Counted from the first letter of the stretch, positions 40,925 through 54,275 are shown. The stretch: 64,000 nt of DNA from Eledone cirrhosa (GCA_964016885.1 OZ024743.1:84072001-84136000); one strand, 5' to 3'. Program-made: numbers and translations. The notes: generated from the sequence alone by a model not told the origin.

Positions 40925-43900
40925 CCAAACAATTGCTGCTTCAACTACCCCTACTACGGTGTAACCATGTAATCGTAACGTTCACGTTTTTCCTATCTCC
41001 TCCACACACCACAATTTCGTACAAACATCCAATCCCGCAAAATCCGAAATCTGTATTTTTTTGTTATTTATTAAGGTTTAAATACGGTGTTTTTGTCGTA
41101 TTGAACAGAACAAATCTTGCAGTTTTGCTTTTTGTTACTCGCTGGTAAACATTCTTAATTCTATCGTATCCTCCAATTCCCTAATTCTATCGTATTCTCA
41201 AACAAAAAAACAAAAAACAACAAAATCCTTTCCATTCTACTTCTTATAATTTACTTTAAATATATATATCATGCTACCTCGAAAGTCAAAAATCCCGCTC
41301 ATACACCCCTCACCCACCATTTTCTTCACGAGGGGTTGCGGTCAGCCACTCTCTCTCTCTCTCTCTCCCCCTTCCCACTCTCTCTCTCTCTCTCTTAGCT
41401 ACACACACACACACACACATATATATATAAGATAAATTCCCGTTCATGTTTATTCACTTTCGCCAAACAATTGCTGCTTCAACTACCCCTACTACGGTGT
41501 AACCATGTAATCGTAACGTTCACGTTTTTCCTATCTCCTCCACACACCACAATTTCGTACAAACATCCAATCCCGCAAAATCCGAAATCTGTATTTTTTG
41601 TTATTTATTAAGGTTTAAATACGGTGTTTTTGTCGTATTGAACAGAACAAATCTTGCAGTTTTGCTTTTTGTTACTCGCTGGTAAACATTCTTAATTCTA
41701 TCGTATCCTCCAATTCCCTAATTCTATCGTATTCTCAAACAAAAAAACAAAAAACAACAAAATCCTTTCCATTCTACTTCTTATAATTTACTTTAAATAT
41801 ATATATCATGCTACCTCGAAAGTCAAAAATCCCGCTCATACACCCCTCACCCACCATTTTCTTCACGAGGGGTTGCGGTCAGCCACTCTCTCTCTCTCTC
41901 TCTCCCCCTTCCCACTCTCTCTCTCTCTCTCTTAGCTACACACACACACACACACATATATATATAAGATAAATTCCCGTTCATGTTTATTCACTTTCGC
42001 CAAACAATTGCTGCTTCAACTACCCCTACTACGGTGTAACCATGTAATCGTAACGTTCACGTTTTTCCTATCTCCTCCACACACCACAATTTCGTACAAA
42101 CATCCAATCCCGCAAAATCCGAAATCTGTATTTTTTGTTATTTATTAAGGTTTAAATACGGTGTTTTTGTCGTATTGAACAGAACAAATCTTGCAGTTTT
42201 GCTTTTTGTTACTCGCTGGTAAACATTCATAACCTTCCAGCTTATCCTCCAATTCCCTAATTCTATCGTATTCTCAAACAAAAAAACAAAAAACAACAAA
42301 ATCCTTTCCATTCTACTTCTTATAATTTACTTTAAATATATATATCATGCTACCTCGAAAGTCAAAAATCCCGCTCATACACCCCTCACCCACCATTTTC
42401 TTCACGAGGGGTTGCGGTCAGCCACTCTCTCTCTCTCTCTCTCCCCCTTCCCACTCTCTCTCTCTCTCTCTTAGCTACACACACACACACACACATATAT
42501 ATATAAGATAAATTCCCGTTCATGTTTATTCACTTTCGCCAAACAATTGCTGCTTCAACTACCCCTACTACGGTGTAACCATGTAATCGTAACGTTCACG
42601 TTTTTCCTATCTCCTCCACACACCACAATTTCGTACAAACATCCAATCCCGCAAAATCCGAAATCTGTATTTTTTGTTATTTATTAAGGTTTAAATACGG
42701 TGTTTTTGTCGTATTGAACAGAACAAATCTTGCAGTTTTGCTTTTTGTTACTCGCTGGTAAACATTCATAACCTTCCAGCTTATCCTCCAATTCCCTAAT
42801 TCTATCGTATTCTCAAACAAAAAAACAAAAAACAACAAAATCCTTTCCATTCTACTTCTTATAATTTACTTTAAATATATATATCATGCTACCTCGAAAG
42901 TCAAAAATCCCGCTCATACACCCCTCACCCACCATTTTCTTCACGAGGGGTTGCGGTCAGCCACTCTCTCTCTCTCTCTCTCCCCCTTCCCACTCTCTCT
43001 CTCTCTCTCTTAGCTACACACACACACACACACATATATATATAAGATAAATTCCCGTTCATGTTTATTCACTTTCGCCAAACAATTGCTGCTTCAACTA
43101 CCCCTACTACGGTGTAACCATGTAATCGTAACGTTCACGTTTTTCCTATCTCCTCCACACACCACAATTTCGTACAAACATCCAATCCCGCAAAATCCGA
43201 AATCTGTATTTTTTGTTATTTATTAAGGTTTAAATACGGTGTTTTTGTCGTATTGAACAGAACAAATCTTGCAGTTTTGCTTTTTGTTACTCGCTGGTAA
43301 ACATTCATAACCTTCCAGCTTATCCTCCAATTCCCTAATTCTATCGTATTCTCAAACAAAAAAACAAAAAACAACAAAATCCTTTCCATTCTACTTCTTA
43401 TAATTTACTTTAAATATATATATCATGCTACCTCGAAAGTCAAAAATCCCGCTCATACACCCCTCACCCACCATTTTCTTCACGAGGGGTTGCGGTCAGC
43501 CACTCTCTCTCTCTCTCTCTCCCCCTTCCCACTCTCTCTCTCTCTCTCTTAGCTACACACACACACACACACATATATATATAAGATAAATTCCCGTTCA
43601 TGTTTATTCACTTTCGCCAAACAATTGCTGCTTCAACTACCCCTACTACGGTGTAACCATGTAATCGTAACGTTCACGTTTTTCCTATCTCCTCCACACA
43701 CCACAATTTCGTACAAACATCCAATCCCGCAAAATCCGAAATCTGTATTTTTTGTTATTTATTAAGGTTTAAATACGGTGTTTTTGTCGTATTGAACAGA
43801 ACAAATCTTGCAGTTTTGCTTTTTGTTACTCGCTGGTAAACATTCATAACCTTCCAGCTTATCCTCCAATTCCCTAATTCTATCGTATTCTCAAACAAAA

Positions 43901-46900
43901 AAACAAAAAACAACAAAATCCTTTCCATTCTACTTCTTATAATTTACTTTAAATATATATATCATGCTACCTCGAAAGTCAAAAATCCCGCTCATACACC
44001 CCTCACCCACCATTTTCTTCACGAGGGGTTGCGGTCAGCCACTCTCTCTCTCTCTCTCTCCCCCTTCCCACTCTCTCTCTCTCTCTCTTAGCTACACACA
44101 CACACACACACATATATATATAAGATAAATTCCCGTTCATGTTTATTCACTTTCGCCAAACAATTGCTGCTTCAACTACCCCTACTACGGTGTAACCATG
44201 TAATCGTAACGTTCACGTTTTTCCTATCTCCTCCACACACCACAATTTCGTACAAACATCCAATCCCGCAAAATCCGAAATCTGTATTTTTTGTTATTTA
44301 TTAAGGTTTAAATACGGTGTTTTTGTCGTATTGAACAGAACAAATCTTGCAGTTTTGCTTTTTGTTACTCGCTGGTAAACATTCATAACCTTCCAGCTTA
44401 TCCTCCAATTCCCTAATTCTATCGTATTCTCAAACAAAAAAACAAAAAACAACAAAATCCTTTCCATTCTACTTCTTATAATTTACTTTAAATATATATA
44501 TCATGCTACCTCGAAAGTCAAAAATCCCGCTCATACACCCCTCACCCACCATTTTCTTCACGAGGGGTTGCGGTCAGCCACTCTCTCTCTCTCTCTCTCC
44601 CCCTTCCCACTCTCTCTCTCTCTCTCTCTTAGCTACACACACACACACACACATATATATATAAGATAAATTCCCGTTCATGTTTATTCACTTTCGCCAA
44701 ACAATTGCTGCTTCAACTACCCCTACTACGGTGTAACCATGTAATCGTAACGTTCACGTTTTTCCTATCTCCTCCACACACCACAATTTCGTACAAACAT
44801 CCAATCCCGCAAAATCCGAAATCTGTATTTTTTGTTATTTATTAAGGTTTAAATACGGTGTTTTTGTCGTATTGAACAGAACAAATCTTGCAGTTTTGCT
44901 TTTTGTTACTCGCTGGTAAACATTCATAACCTTCCAGCTTATCCTCCAATTCCCTAATTCTATCGTATTCTCAAACAAAAAAACAAAAAACAACAAAATC
45001 CTTTCCATTCTACTTCTTATAATTTACTTTAAATATATATATCATGCTACCTCGAAAGTCAAAAATCCCGCTCATACACCCCTCACCCACCATTTTCTTC
45101 ACGAGGGGTTGCGGTCAGCCACTCTCTCTCTCTCTCTCTCCCCCTTCCCACTCTCTCTCTCTCTCTCTTAGCTACACACACACACACACACATATATATA
45201 TAAGATAAATTCCCGTTCATGTTTATTCACTTTCGCCAAACAATTGCTGCTTCAACTACCCCTACTACGGTGTAACCATGTAATCGTAACGTTCACGTTT
45301 TTCCTATCTCCTCCACACACCACAATTTCGTACAAACATCCAATCCCGCAAAATCCGAAATCTGTATTTTTTGTTATTTATTAAGGTTTAAATACGGTGT
45401 TTTTGTCGTATTGAACAGAACAAATCTTGCAGTTTTGCTTTTTGTTACTCGCTGGTAAACATTCATAACCTTCCAGCTTATCCTCCAATTCCCTAATTCT
45501 ATCGTATTCTCAAACAAAAAAACAAAAAACAACAAAATCCTTTCCATTCTACTTCTTATAATTTACTTTAAATATATATATCATGCTACCTCGAAAGTCA
45601 AAAATCCCGCTCATACACCCCTCACCCACCATTTTCTTCACGAGGGGTTGCGGTCAGCCACTCTCTCTCTCTCTCTCTCCCCCTTCCCACTCTCTCTCTC
45701 TCTCTCTTAGCTACACACACACACACACACATATATATATAAGATAAATTCCCGTTCATGTTTATTCACTTTCGCCAAACAATTGCTGCTTCAACTACCC
45801 CTACTACGGTGTAACCATGTAATCGTAACGTTCACGTTTTTCCTATCTCCTCCACACACCACAATTTCGTACAAACATCCAATCCCGCAAAATCCGAAAT
45901 CTGTATTTTTTGTTATTTATTAAGGTTTAAATACGGTGTTTTTGTCGTATTGAACAGAACAAATCTTGCAGTTTTGCTTTTTGTTACTCGCTGGTAAACA
46001 TTCATAACCTTCCAGCTTATCCTCCAATTCCCTAATTCTATCGTATTCTCAAACAAAAAAACAAAAAACAACAAAATCCTTTCCATTCTACTTCTTATAA
46101 TTTACTTTAAATATATATATCATGCTACCTCGAAAGTCAAAAATCCCGCTCATACACCCCTCACCCACCATTTTCTTCACGAGGGGTTGCGGTCAGCCAC
46201 TCTCTCTCTCTCTCTCTCCCCCTTCCCACTCTCTCTCTCTCTCTCTTAGCTACACACACACACACACACATATATATATAAGATAAATTCCCGTTCATGT
46301 TTATTCACTTTCGCCAAACAATTGCTGCTTCAACTACCCCTACTACGGTGTAACCATGTAATCGTAACGTTCACGTTTTTCCTATCTCCTCCACACACCA
46401 CAATTTCGTACAAACATCCAATCCCGCAAAATCCGAAATCTGTATTTTTTGTTATTTATTAAGGTTTAAATACGGTGTTTTTGTCGTATTGAACAGAACA
46501 AATCTTGCAGTTTTGCTTTTTGTTACTCGCTGGTAAACATTCATAACCTTCCAGCTTATCCTCCAATTCCCTAATTCTATCGTATTCTCAAACAAAAAAA
46601 CAAAAAACAACAAAATCCTTTCCATTCTACTTCTTATAATTTACTTTAAATATATATATCATGCTACCTCGAAAGTCAAAAATCCCGCTCATACACCCCT
46701 CACCCACCATTTTCTTCACGAGGGGTTGCGGTCAGCCACTCTCTCTCTCTCTCTCTCCCCCTTCCCACTCTCTCTCTCTCTCTCTCTTAGCTACACACAC
46801 ACACACACACATATATATATAAGATAAATTCCCGTTCATGTTTATTCACTTTCGCCAAACAATTGCTGCTTCAACTACCCCTACTACGGTGTAACCATGT

Positions 46901-49900
46901 AATCGTAACGTTCACGTTTTTCCTATCTCCTCCACACACCACAATTTCGTACAAACATCCAATCCCGCAAAATCCGAAATCTGTATTTTTTGTTATTTAT
47001 TAAGGTTTAAATACGGTGTTTTTGTCGTATTGAACAGAACAAATCTTGCAGTTTTGCTTTTTGTTACTCGCTGGTAAACATTCATAACCTTCCAGCTTAT
47101 CCTCCAATTCCCTAATTCTATCGTATTCTCAAACAAAAAAACAAAAAACAACAAAATCCTTTCCATTCTACTTCTTATAATTTACTTTAAATATATATAT
47201 CATGCTACCTCGAAAGTCAAAAATCCCGCTCATACACCCCTCACCCACCATTTTCTTCACGAGGGGTTGCGGTCAGCCACTCTCTCTCTCTCTCTCTCCC
47301 CCTTCCCACTCTCTCTCTCTCTCTCTTAGCTACACACACACACACACACATATATATATAAGATAAATTCCCGTTCATGTTTATTCACTTTCGCCAAACA
47401 ATTGCTGCTTCAACTACCCCTACTACGGTGTAACCATGTAATCGTAACGTTCACGTTTTTCCTATCTCCTCCACACACCACAATTTCGTACAAACATCCA
47501 ATCCCGCAAAATCCGAAATCTGTATTTTTTGTTATTTATTAAGGTTTAAATACGGTGTTTTTGTCGTATTGAACAGAACAAATCTTGCAGTTTTGCTTTT
47601 TGTTACTCGCTGGTAAACATTCATAACCTTCCAGCTTATCCTCCAATTCCCTAATTCTATCGTATTCTCAAACAAAAAAACAAAAAACAACAAAATCCTT
47701 TCCATTCTACTTCTTATAATTTACTTTAAATATATATATCATGCTACCTCGAAAGTCAAAAATCCCGCTCATACACCCCTCACCCACCATTTTCTTCACG
47801 AGGGGTTGCGGTCAGCCACTCTCTCTCTCTCTCTCTCCCCCTTCCCACTCTCTCTCTCTCTCTCTTAGCTACACACACACACACACACATATATATATAA
47901 GATAAATTCCCGTTCATGTTTATTCACTTTCGCCAAACAATTGCTGCTTCAACTACCCCTACTACGGTGTAACCATGTAATCGTAACGTTCACGTTTTTC
48001 CTATCTCCTCCACACACCACAATTTCGTACAAACATCCAATCCCGCAAAATCCGAAATCTGTATTTTTTGTTATTTATTAAGGTTTAAATACGGTGTTTT
48101 TGTCGTATTGAACAGAACAAATCTTGCAGTTTTGCTTTTTGTTACTCGCTGGTAAACATTCATAACCTTCCAGCTTATCCTCCAATTCCCTAATTCTATC
48201 GTATTCTCAAACAAAAAAACAAAAAACAACAAAATCCTTTCCATTCTACTTCTTATAATTTACTTTAAATATATATATCATGCTACCTCGAAAGTCAAAA
48301 ATCCCGCTCATACACCCCTCACCCACCATTTTCTTCACGAGGGGTTGCGGTCAGCCACTCTCTCTCTCTCTCTCTCCCCCTTCCCACTCTCTCTCTCTCT
48401 CTCTTAGCTACACACACACACACACACATATATATATAAGATAAATTCCCGTTCATGTTTATTCACTTTCGCCAAACAATTGCTGCTTCAACTACCCCTA
48501 CTACGGTGTAACCATGTAATCGTAACGTTCACGTTTTTCCTATCTCCTCCACACACCACAATTTCGTACAAACATCCAATCCCGCAAAATCCGAAATCTG
48601 TATTTTTTGTTATTTATTAAGGTTTAAATACGGTGTTTTTGTCGTATTGAACAGAACAAATCTTGCAGTTTTGCTTTTTGTTACTCGCTGGTAAACATTC
48701 ATAACCTTCCAGCTTATCCTCCAATTCCCTAATTCTATCGTATTCTCAAACAAAAAAACAAAAAACAACAAAATCCTTTCCATTCTACTTCTTATAATTT
48801 ACTTTAAATATATATATCATGCTACCTCGAAAGTCAAAAATCCCGCTCATACACCCCTCACCCACCATTTTCTTCACGAGGGGTTGCGGTCAGCCACTCT
48901 CTCTCTCTCTCTCTCCCCCTTCCCACTCTCTCTCTCTCTCTCTTAGCTACACACACACACACACACATATATATATAAGATAAATTCCCGTTCATGTTTA
49001 TTCACTTTCGCCAAACAATTGCTGCTTCAACTACCCCTACTACGGTGTAACCATGTAATCGTAACGTTCACGTTTTTCCTATCTCCTCCACACACCACAA
49101 TTTCGTACAAACATCCAATCCCGCAAAATCCGAAATCTGTATTTTTTGTTATTTATTAAGGTTTAAATACGGTGTTTTTGTCGTATTGAACAGAACAAAT
49201 CTTGCAGTTTTGCTTTTTGTTACTCGCTGGTAAACATTCATAACCTTCCAGCTTATCCTCCAATTCCCTAATTCTATCGTATTCTCAAACAAAAAAACAA
49301 AAAACAACAAAATCCTTTCCATTCTACTTCTTATAATTTACTTTAAATATATATATCATGCTACCTCGAAAGTCAAAAATCCCGCTCATACACCCCTCAC
49401 CCACCATTTTCTTCACGAGGGGTTGCGGTCAGCCACTCTCTCTCTCTCTCTCTCCCCCTTCCCACTCTCTCTCTCTCTCTCTTAGCTACACACACACACA
49501 CACACATATATATATAAGATAAATTCCCGTTCATGTTTATTCACTTTCGCCAAACAATTGCTGCTTCAACTACCCCTACTACGGTGTAACCATGTAATCG
49601 TAACGTTCACGTTTTTCCTATCTCCTCCACACACCACAATTTCGTACAAACATCCAATCCCGCAAAATCCGAAATCTGTATTTTTTGTTATTTATTAAGG
49701 TTTAAATACGGTGTTTTTGTCGTATTGAACAGAACAAATCTTGCAGTTTTGCTTTTTGTTACTCGCTGGTAAACATTCATAACCTTCCAGCTTATCCTCC
49801 AATTCCCTAATTCTATCGTATTCTCAAACAAAAAAACAAAAAACAACAAAATCCTTTCCATTCTACTTCTTATAATTTACTTTAAATATATATATCATGC

Positions 49901-50331
49901 TACCTCGAAAGTCAAAAATCCCGCTCATACACCCCTCACCCACCATTTTCTTCACGAGGGGTTGCGGTCAGCCACTCTCTCTCTCTCTCTCTCCCCCTTC
50001 CCACTCTCTCTCTCTCTCTCTTAGCTACACACACACACACACACATATATATATAAGATAAATTCCCGTTCATGTTTATTCACTTTCGCCAAACAATTGC
50101 TGCTTCAACTACCCCTACTACGGTGTAACCATGTAATCGTAACGTTCACGTTTTTCCTATCTCCTCCACACACCACAATTTCGTACAAACATCCAATCCC
50201 GCAAAATCCGAAATCTGTATTTTTTGTTATTTATTAAGGTTTAAATACGGTGTTTTTGTCGTATTGAACAGAACAAATCTTGCAGTTTTGCTTTTTGTTA
50301 CTCGCTGGTAAACATTCATAACCTTCCAGCT
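40925..50331 (+). repeat. Tandem array of ~17.5 x 539-bp near-identical monomers forming the 5' end of the RTE LINE
   Basis: Unit starts at 40925, 41463, 42000, 42539 ... 49550, 50089 (periods 537-541). The last partial unit runs directly into the LINE 5' UTR at ccagct|agctacccc. Confidence 0.95.
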
Positions 50332-50352
50332 AGCTACCCCACATCCCTCCCA

Positions 50353-50500
50353 CCCGCCCCCACACACACCACCATTCTTAATACGTGGACCAATCATAAG
50401 CCAGAGACCCCCCCCCCACACGCATCACCATTATTACTATAAGCCAGAGACCCCCCCCCCCCACACGCATCACCATTATTATTATTACGCGGACCAATCA
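50353..50500 (+). promoter_or_regulatory. Putative internal Pol II promoter of the RTE: GC box plus two CCAAT boxes
   Basis: CCCGCCCC at 50353, and GGACCAATCA at 50387 and 50491 within short local duplications. Motif match only. Confidence 0.35.
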
Positions 50501-50524
50501 TAAGCCAGAGGCCTATACTATCGC

Positions 50525-53500
50525 TTGCACGGTTGCCTTCGATATATGATGGATGGATGGACGGACTGCGGAATCCTGGAGAGTGGAGGGGAGAGAAAAA
50601 TCTGGACGCTCAGAGCGAAAATGCCAATGCTAAAGTCAAATTCACCTCGTGGACGAGAATGCGAGCACTCTTCTTTGTTTCGCCCGCGGATGGCTAACAT
50701 AACCCCATCTCCCCCCGCCCCACACCACCCCCACCCTCCAAACGCGATCCAAAACTTCAGAGTTGGTACCATAAATGTAGGCACCCTAAAGGGGCGCGCT
50801 AACGAGGTTGTAGAAATGCTTGAACGTAAGGAGGTCGATGTTTGTTGTATTCAAGAGACCAGGTGGAGGGGTGGGTCTGCTAGATTCATTGAGGGTAAAA
50901 AACGATGTTATAAGCTTTTCTGGGTGGGAAACGACGATGGGCTGGGTGGAGTAGGAATCATGGTAGCAGAAAAGTGGGCGGATAAGATAATAGACGTAAA
51001 TAGAGTGAACGACAGAATAATTAAAATACGACTTGTCCTCAATAGAACTACGGTGACAGTAATATCTGCGTATGCACCCCAATCCGGACTGCCCGGCACT
51101 ATAAAAGACAGATTCTATGAGACACTGATGCTCACTACCTCCCAAATATCTGACAGTGACTATATAATTATTGCAGGCGACCTAAATGGTCACGTTGGGC
51201 AACATTGTGACGGCTACGACGAAATCCATGGAGGCTATGGGTTTGGTACTAGAAATGAGGAAGGCTCCAGAATCCTGGAATTCTGTGATGCAAATAACCT
51301 AACTATCTGTAACACTAACTTCAAAAAACGTGACAATCACCTGATCACCTATAGATCCGGGGAACACACAAGCCAGGTAGATTATATCCTTACCAGAAGA
51401 CGTGACAGAGTGTCTGTTGTAAACACTAAATCCCTCCCCCATGAAGAATGCACCTCCCAACATAGACTGATAATTAGCGACCTCATAGTCAGGTCGAGAC
51501 GTACTCGACAGCAGAAGAGGACTATCCTCAGGAGAAAAATATGGAAGCTAAAGGACCCCACAGCCAAAAATAAATTTCAAAACATATTACTTGATGCTTT
51601 CGACAGTAAGGAAGAACACTTAGAGTCGGACAATATAGAGGGACAGTGGGAATTTCTGAAAGCAAACCTGCTGTTGGCCACAGACGAAGTCTGTGGCTGG
51701 AGCAGGCCTGTAGGCAGGAGGAGAGTAACATGGTGGTGGAACAGTAAGGTGGAGGAGTCAATTAAGGCCAAAAAGCAGGCTTGGAAAGTATGGCGGGATG
51801 GGGGAAGTAGAGTAGACTATCAAGTGGCCAGGAGGGAAGCTAGGAGAGAAGTGTACTTAGCAAGAAGGGAAGCTGAGGAAAGAAAGTTCAAGCATGTCCT
51901 ACAACGCGATGACCAAAAACGTGAGGTGTTCAGGATTGCTAGGCAATGCGTCAAGGAAAACCGTGATATTGTCGGGGAGAAGTGTGTACTTAACGATGAT
52001 GGCATACTTGCCATCACCGACACTGATAAGAAGGCAGCTTGGAAGTGTCACTATGAAAGGCTACTAAATGAGGAGAATAAATGGGAGAAAGACAGTCTCC
52101 CCCATGTCGACCCAATAGAGGGACCAGCAGTGTTAGTCGAGGGGAGTATAATAAGTAAGGCAATCAAGGATATGAAGACAGGTAAGGCGGCTGGGCCTTC
52201 GGAAATAGTTGCTGAGATGCTGAAGGCATCTGGCACGGTGGGACACACCATGGTCACCCGCATAGTTAACCAAGTCGTACAGAATGGGGCTGTTCCGAAG
52301 GACTGGCATAGCAGCATCATCGTTAACTGTTATAAGGGTAAAGGAGACGCCCTAGATAGGAGTAACTATAGAGGCATTAAATTAATCGACCAGGTCATGA
52401 AGGTCACAGAAAAAGTAATAGCGCAACTAATCAGAGAGAGAATTGACCTAGATGAAATGCAGTTCGGGTTTGTGTCAGACAAAAGTACCACAGACGCTCT
52501 TTTCATAGTACGACAACTACAGGAGAAGTACCTAGCTAAAGGTAAACCCCTCTACTTAGCTTTTGTCGACTTGGAGAAAGCCTTCGACAGAGTCCCCCGC
52601 TCCATTATCTGGTGGGCTCTTAGAAAACTAGGCGTTGACGAATGGCTTGTGAGGGCTATACAAGCCATGTATAAAGAAACAGTCAGCAAGGTTAGAATTA
52701 ACAACGAATATAGTGAAGAGTTTAGCGTAAAAGTTGGCGTCCATCAGGGCTCTGTTCTCAGCCCCCTACTATTTATTATTGCCCTTCAGGCTATAACAGA
52801 GGAGTTCAAGACAGGCTGCCCATGGGAACTCCTATACGCAGACGACCTGACACTCATAGCGGAATCAATGGCCGAGCTAGAGAAGAAATTCCAAACATGG
52901 AAGCACGGCCTAGAGTCAAAAGGACTTAAAATTAACCTGGCTAAGACCAAAGTTCTAGTTTGTAGGAAAGAAAACAAGGCGGCGGTCCCTTCTGGGAAAT
53001 GGTCGTGCTCGGTGTGTAGGAAAGGCGTAGGTAGAAACTCCATTTTGTGTCCTAAATGCAAAGTATGGGTGCATAAAAGATGTAGTGGGATCACAGGTAA
53101 GCTAACTAAGAACATAGATTTTACATGTGGCCGGTGTTCTGGTGCAATAAGTAGCAGCAAGTGCCCACACAATACTAGCTCTTTCAATTGCGCAGAGGGT
53201 TCTATAGAAATAGTGGACAGCTTCCGTTACCTGGGCGATAAAATCAGCAGTGGGGGAGGGTGCTCTGAAAGTACTGTAGCTAGAGTCAGAACTGGTTGGA
53301 AAAAGTTCAGAGAGCTTATACCACTATTAGCTGCTAAAGGGTTCTCCCTAAAAATGAAAGGCAGGTTGTACGATGCCTGCATACGAACAGCAATGTTGCA
53401 TGGCAGTGAGACCTGGGCATTGTGTGCAGAGGATATACGCAGACTAGAGAGGAACGAAGCTTGCATGCTCCGCTGGATGTGTAACAGTAATATACGTGAA

Positions 53501-53803
53501 CGGCAAAGCATAAACGAACTAAGGAAAAAATTAGAGATAAGAGGGATCAGATGTTGTTTACTCGAGAGAAGGCTACGTTGGTATGGACACGTGATGCGCA
53601 TGAAAGTCGATAGCTGTATAACAAAGTGCAGGGCAATAAAGATAGACGGTAGCCACGGAATAGGCAGACCTAGAAAAACCTGGGACGAGCTGATAAACTC
53701 CGACCTCACACACTTACACCTCTCCAAGACAATGTCACTGGACCGAGACCTTTGGCGGTACTCAGTAACAGAGAAGACCCGCCTTGCCAGTAGGCATCTC
53801 TAA
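50525..53803 (+). CDS. RTE LINE polyprotein: APE endonuclease, reverse transcriptase and embedded PHD-type zinc finger (first ATG 50546; plausible start 50690)
   Basis: Uninterrupted 1092-aa ORF with motifs GTINVG, CIQETRW, AYAPQ, GDLNGH, DYIL, QFGF, FVDLEKAFDRV, GVHQGSVLSP, LYADD, YLG, RRLRWYGHV and GRPRKTW. Confidence 0.96.
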   Translation: MHGCLRYMMDGWTDCGILESGGERKIWTLRAKMPMLKSNSPRGRECEHSSLFRPRMANITPSPPAPHHPHPPNAIQNFRVGTINVGTLKGRANEVVEMLERKEVDVCCIQETRWRGGSARFIEGKKRCYKLFWVGNDDGLGGVGIMVAEKWADKIIDVNRVNDRIIKIRLVLNRTTVTVISAYAPQSGLPGTIKDRFYETLMLTTSQISDSDYIIIAGDLNGHVGQHCDGYDEIHGGYGFGTRNEEGSRILEFCDANNLTICNTNFKKRDNHLITYRSGEHTSQVDYILTRRRDRVSVVNTKSLPHEECTSQHRLIISDLIVRSRRTRQQKRTILRRKIWKLKDPTAKNKFQNILLDAFDSKEEHLESDNIEGQWEFLKANLLLATDEVCGWSRPVGRRRVTWWWNSKVEESIKAKKQAWKVWRDGGSRVDYQVARREARREVYLARREAEERKFKHVLQRDDQKREVFRIARQCVKENRDIVGEKCVLNDDGILAITDTDKKAAWKCHYERLLNEENKWEKDSLPHVDPIEGPAVLVEGSIISKAIKDMKTGKAAGPSEIVAEMLKASGTVGHTMVTRIVNQVVQNGAVPKDWHSSIIVNCYKGKGDALDRSNYRGIKLIDQVMKVTEKVIAQLIRERIDLDEMQFGFVSDKSTTDALFIVRQLQEKYLAKGKPLYLAFVDLEKAFDRVPRSIIWWALRKLGVDEWLVRAIQAMYKETVSKVRINNEYSEEFSVKVGVHQGSVLSPLLFIIALQAITEEFKTGCPWELLYADDLTLIAESMAELEKKFQTWKHGLESKGLKINLAKTKVLVCRKENKAAVPSGKWSCSVCRKGVGRNSILCPKCKVWVHKRCSGITGKLTKNIDFTCGRCSGAISSSKCPHNTSSFNCAEGSIEIVDSFRYLGDKISSGGGCSESTVARVRTGWKKFRELIPLLAAKGFSLKMKGRLYDACIRTAMLHGSETWALCAEDIRRLERNEACMLRWMCNSNIRERQSINELRKKLEIRGIRCCLLERRLRWYGHVMRMKVDSCITKCRAIKIDGSHGIGRPRKTWDELINSDLTHLHLSKTMSLDRDLWRYSVTEKTRLASRHL

Positions 53804-54170
53804 CAAAATACACCCCGTCCCACCACCACCACCCCCACCCCATCCACACCACCCCGTCCTATGTAAAGTTATGTTGGTGCCGCGCCATCCGGGCCGAAAC
53901 AAATGAGATCGTGTAGGTGTCACGACAAAAAAACACACAGTCCACGCTGTAATGTGGCCGTGTAGGCAACACGGTAAAAACCTCCCAGACCCACACTGTA
54001 AATGTGGTTGGTGTTAGGAAGGGCATCCAACTGTAGAAAACCTGCCAGACAGTCCTATGCGAGCAAGACAATCACTCTTGCCTCAAGTGGGACTACCCCC
54101 GTCCAAACCCATGCAAGCGTGGAACACGGACGTTAAACGTTGATGATGATGATGATGATGATATATATAC

Positions 54171-54201
<31 letters not shown>

Positions 54202-54224
54202 CATATATATATGTATATATATAC

Positions 54225-54275
<51 letters not shown>

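Larger units (their letters stand above)
40925..54160 (+). mobile_element. Full-length RTE-clade LINE: 5' monomer array, UTR, ORF, 3' UTR and (GAT)n tail
   Basis: Intact ORF and (GAT)n tail ending ~54160. Candidate TSD ATATATATACAT at 40913-40924 and 54161-54172 (weak, as it lies in microsatellite). Confidence 0.75.

Noticed and set aside
40925-50331. CRISPR-like or rDNA/snRNA tandem array
   Set aside because: Units are identical with no variable spacers, there are no cas genes, the context is eukaryotic, and no 5S, U-snRNA or tRNA sequence is recognisable.
50600-50710. HDV-like ribozyme in the RTE 5' UTR (TTCACCTCGT...GGCTAAC)
   Set aside because: It has a superficial L3 and J4/2 resemblance, but I could not build P1, P2 and P3 pairings by eye. 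An RNArobo or Infernal search would be needed.
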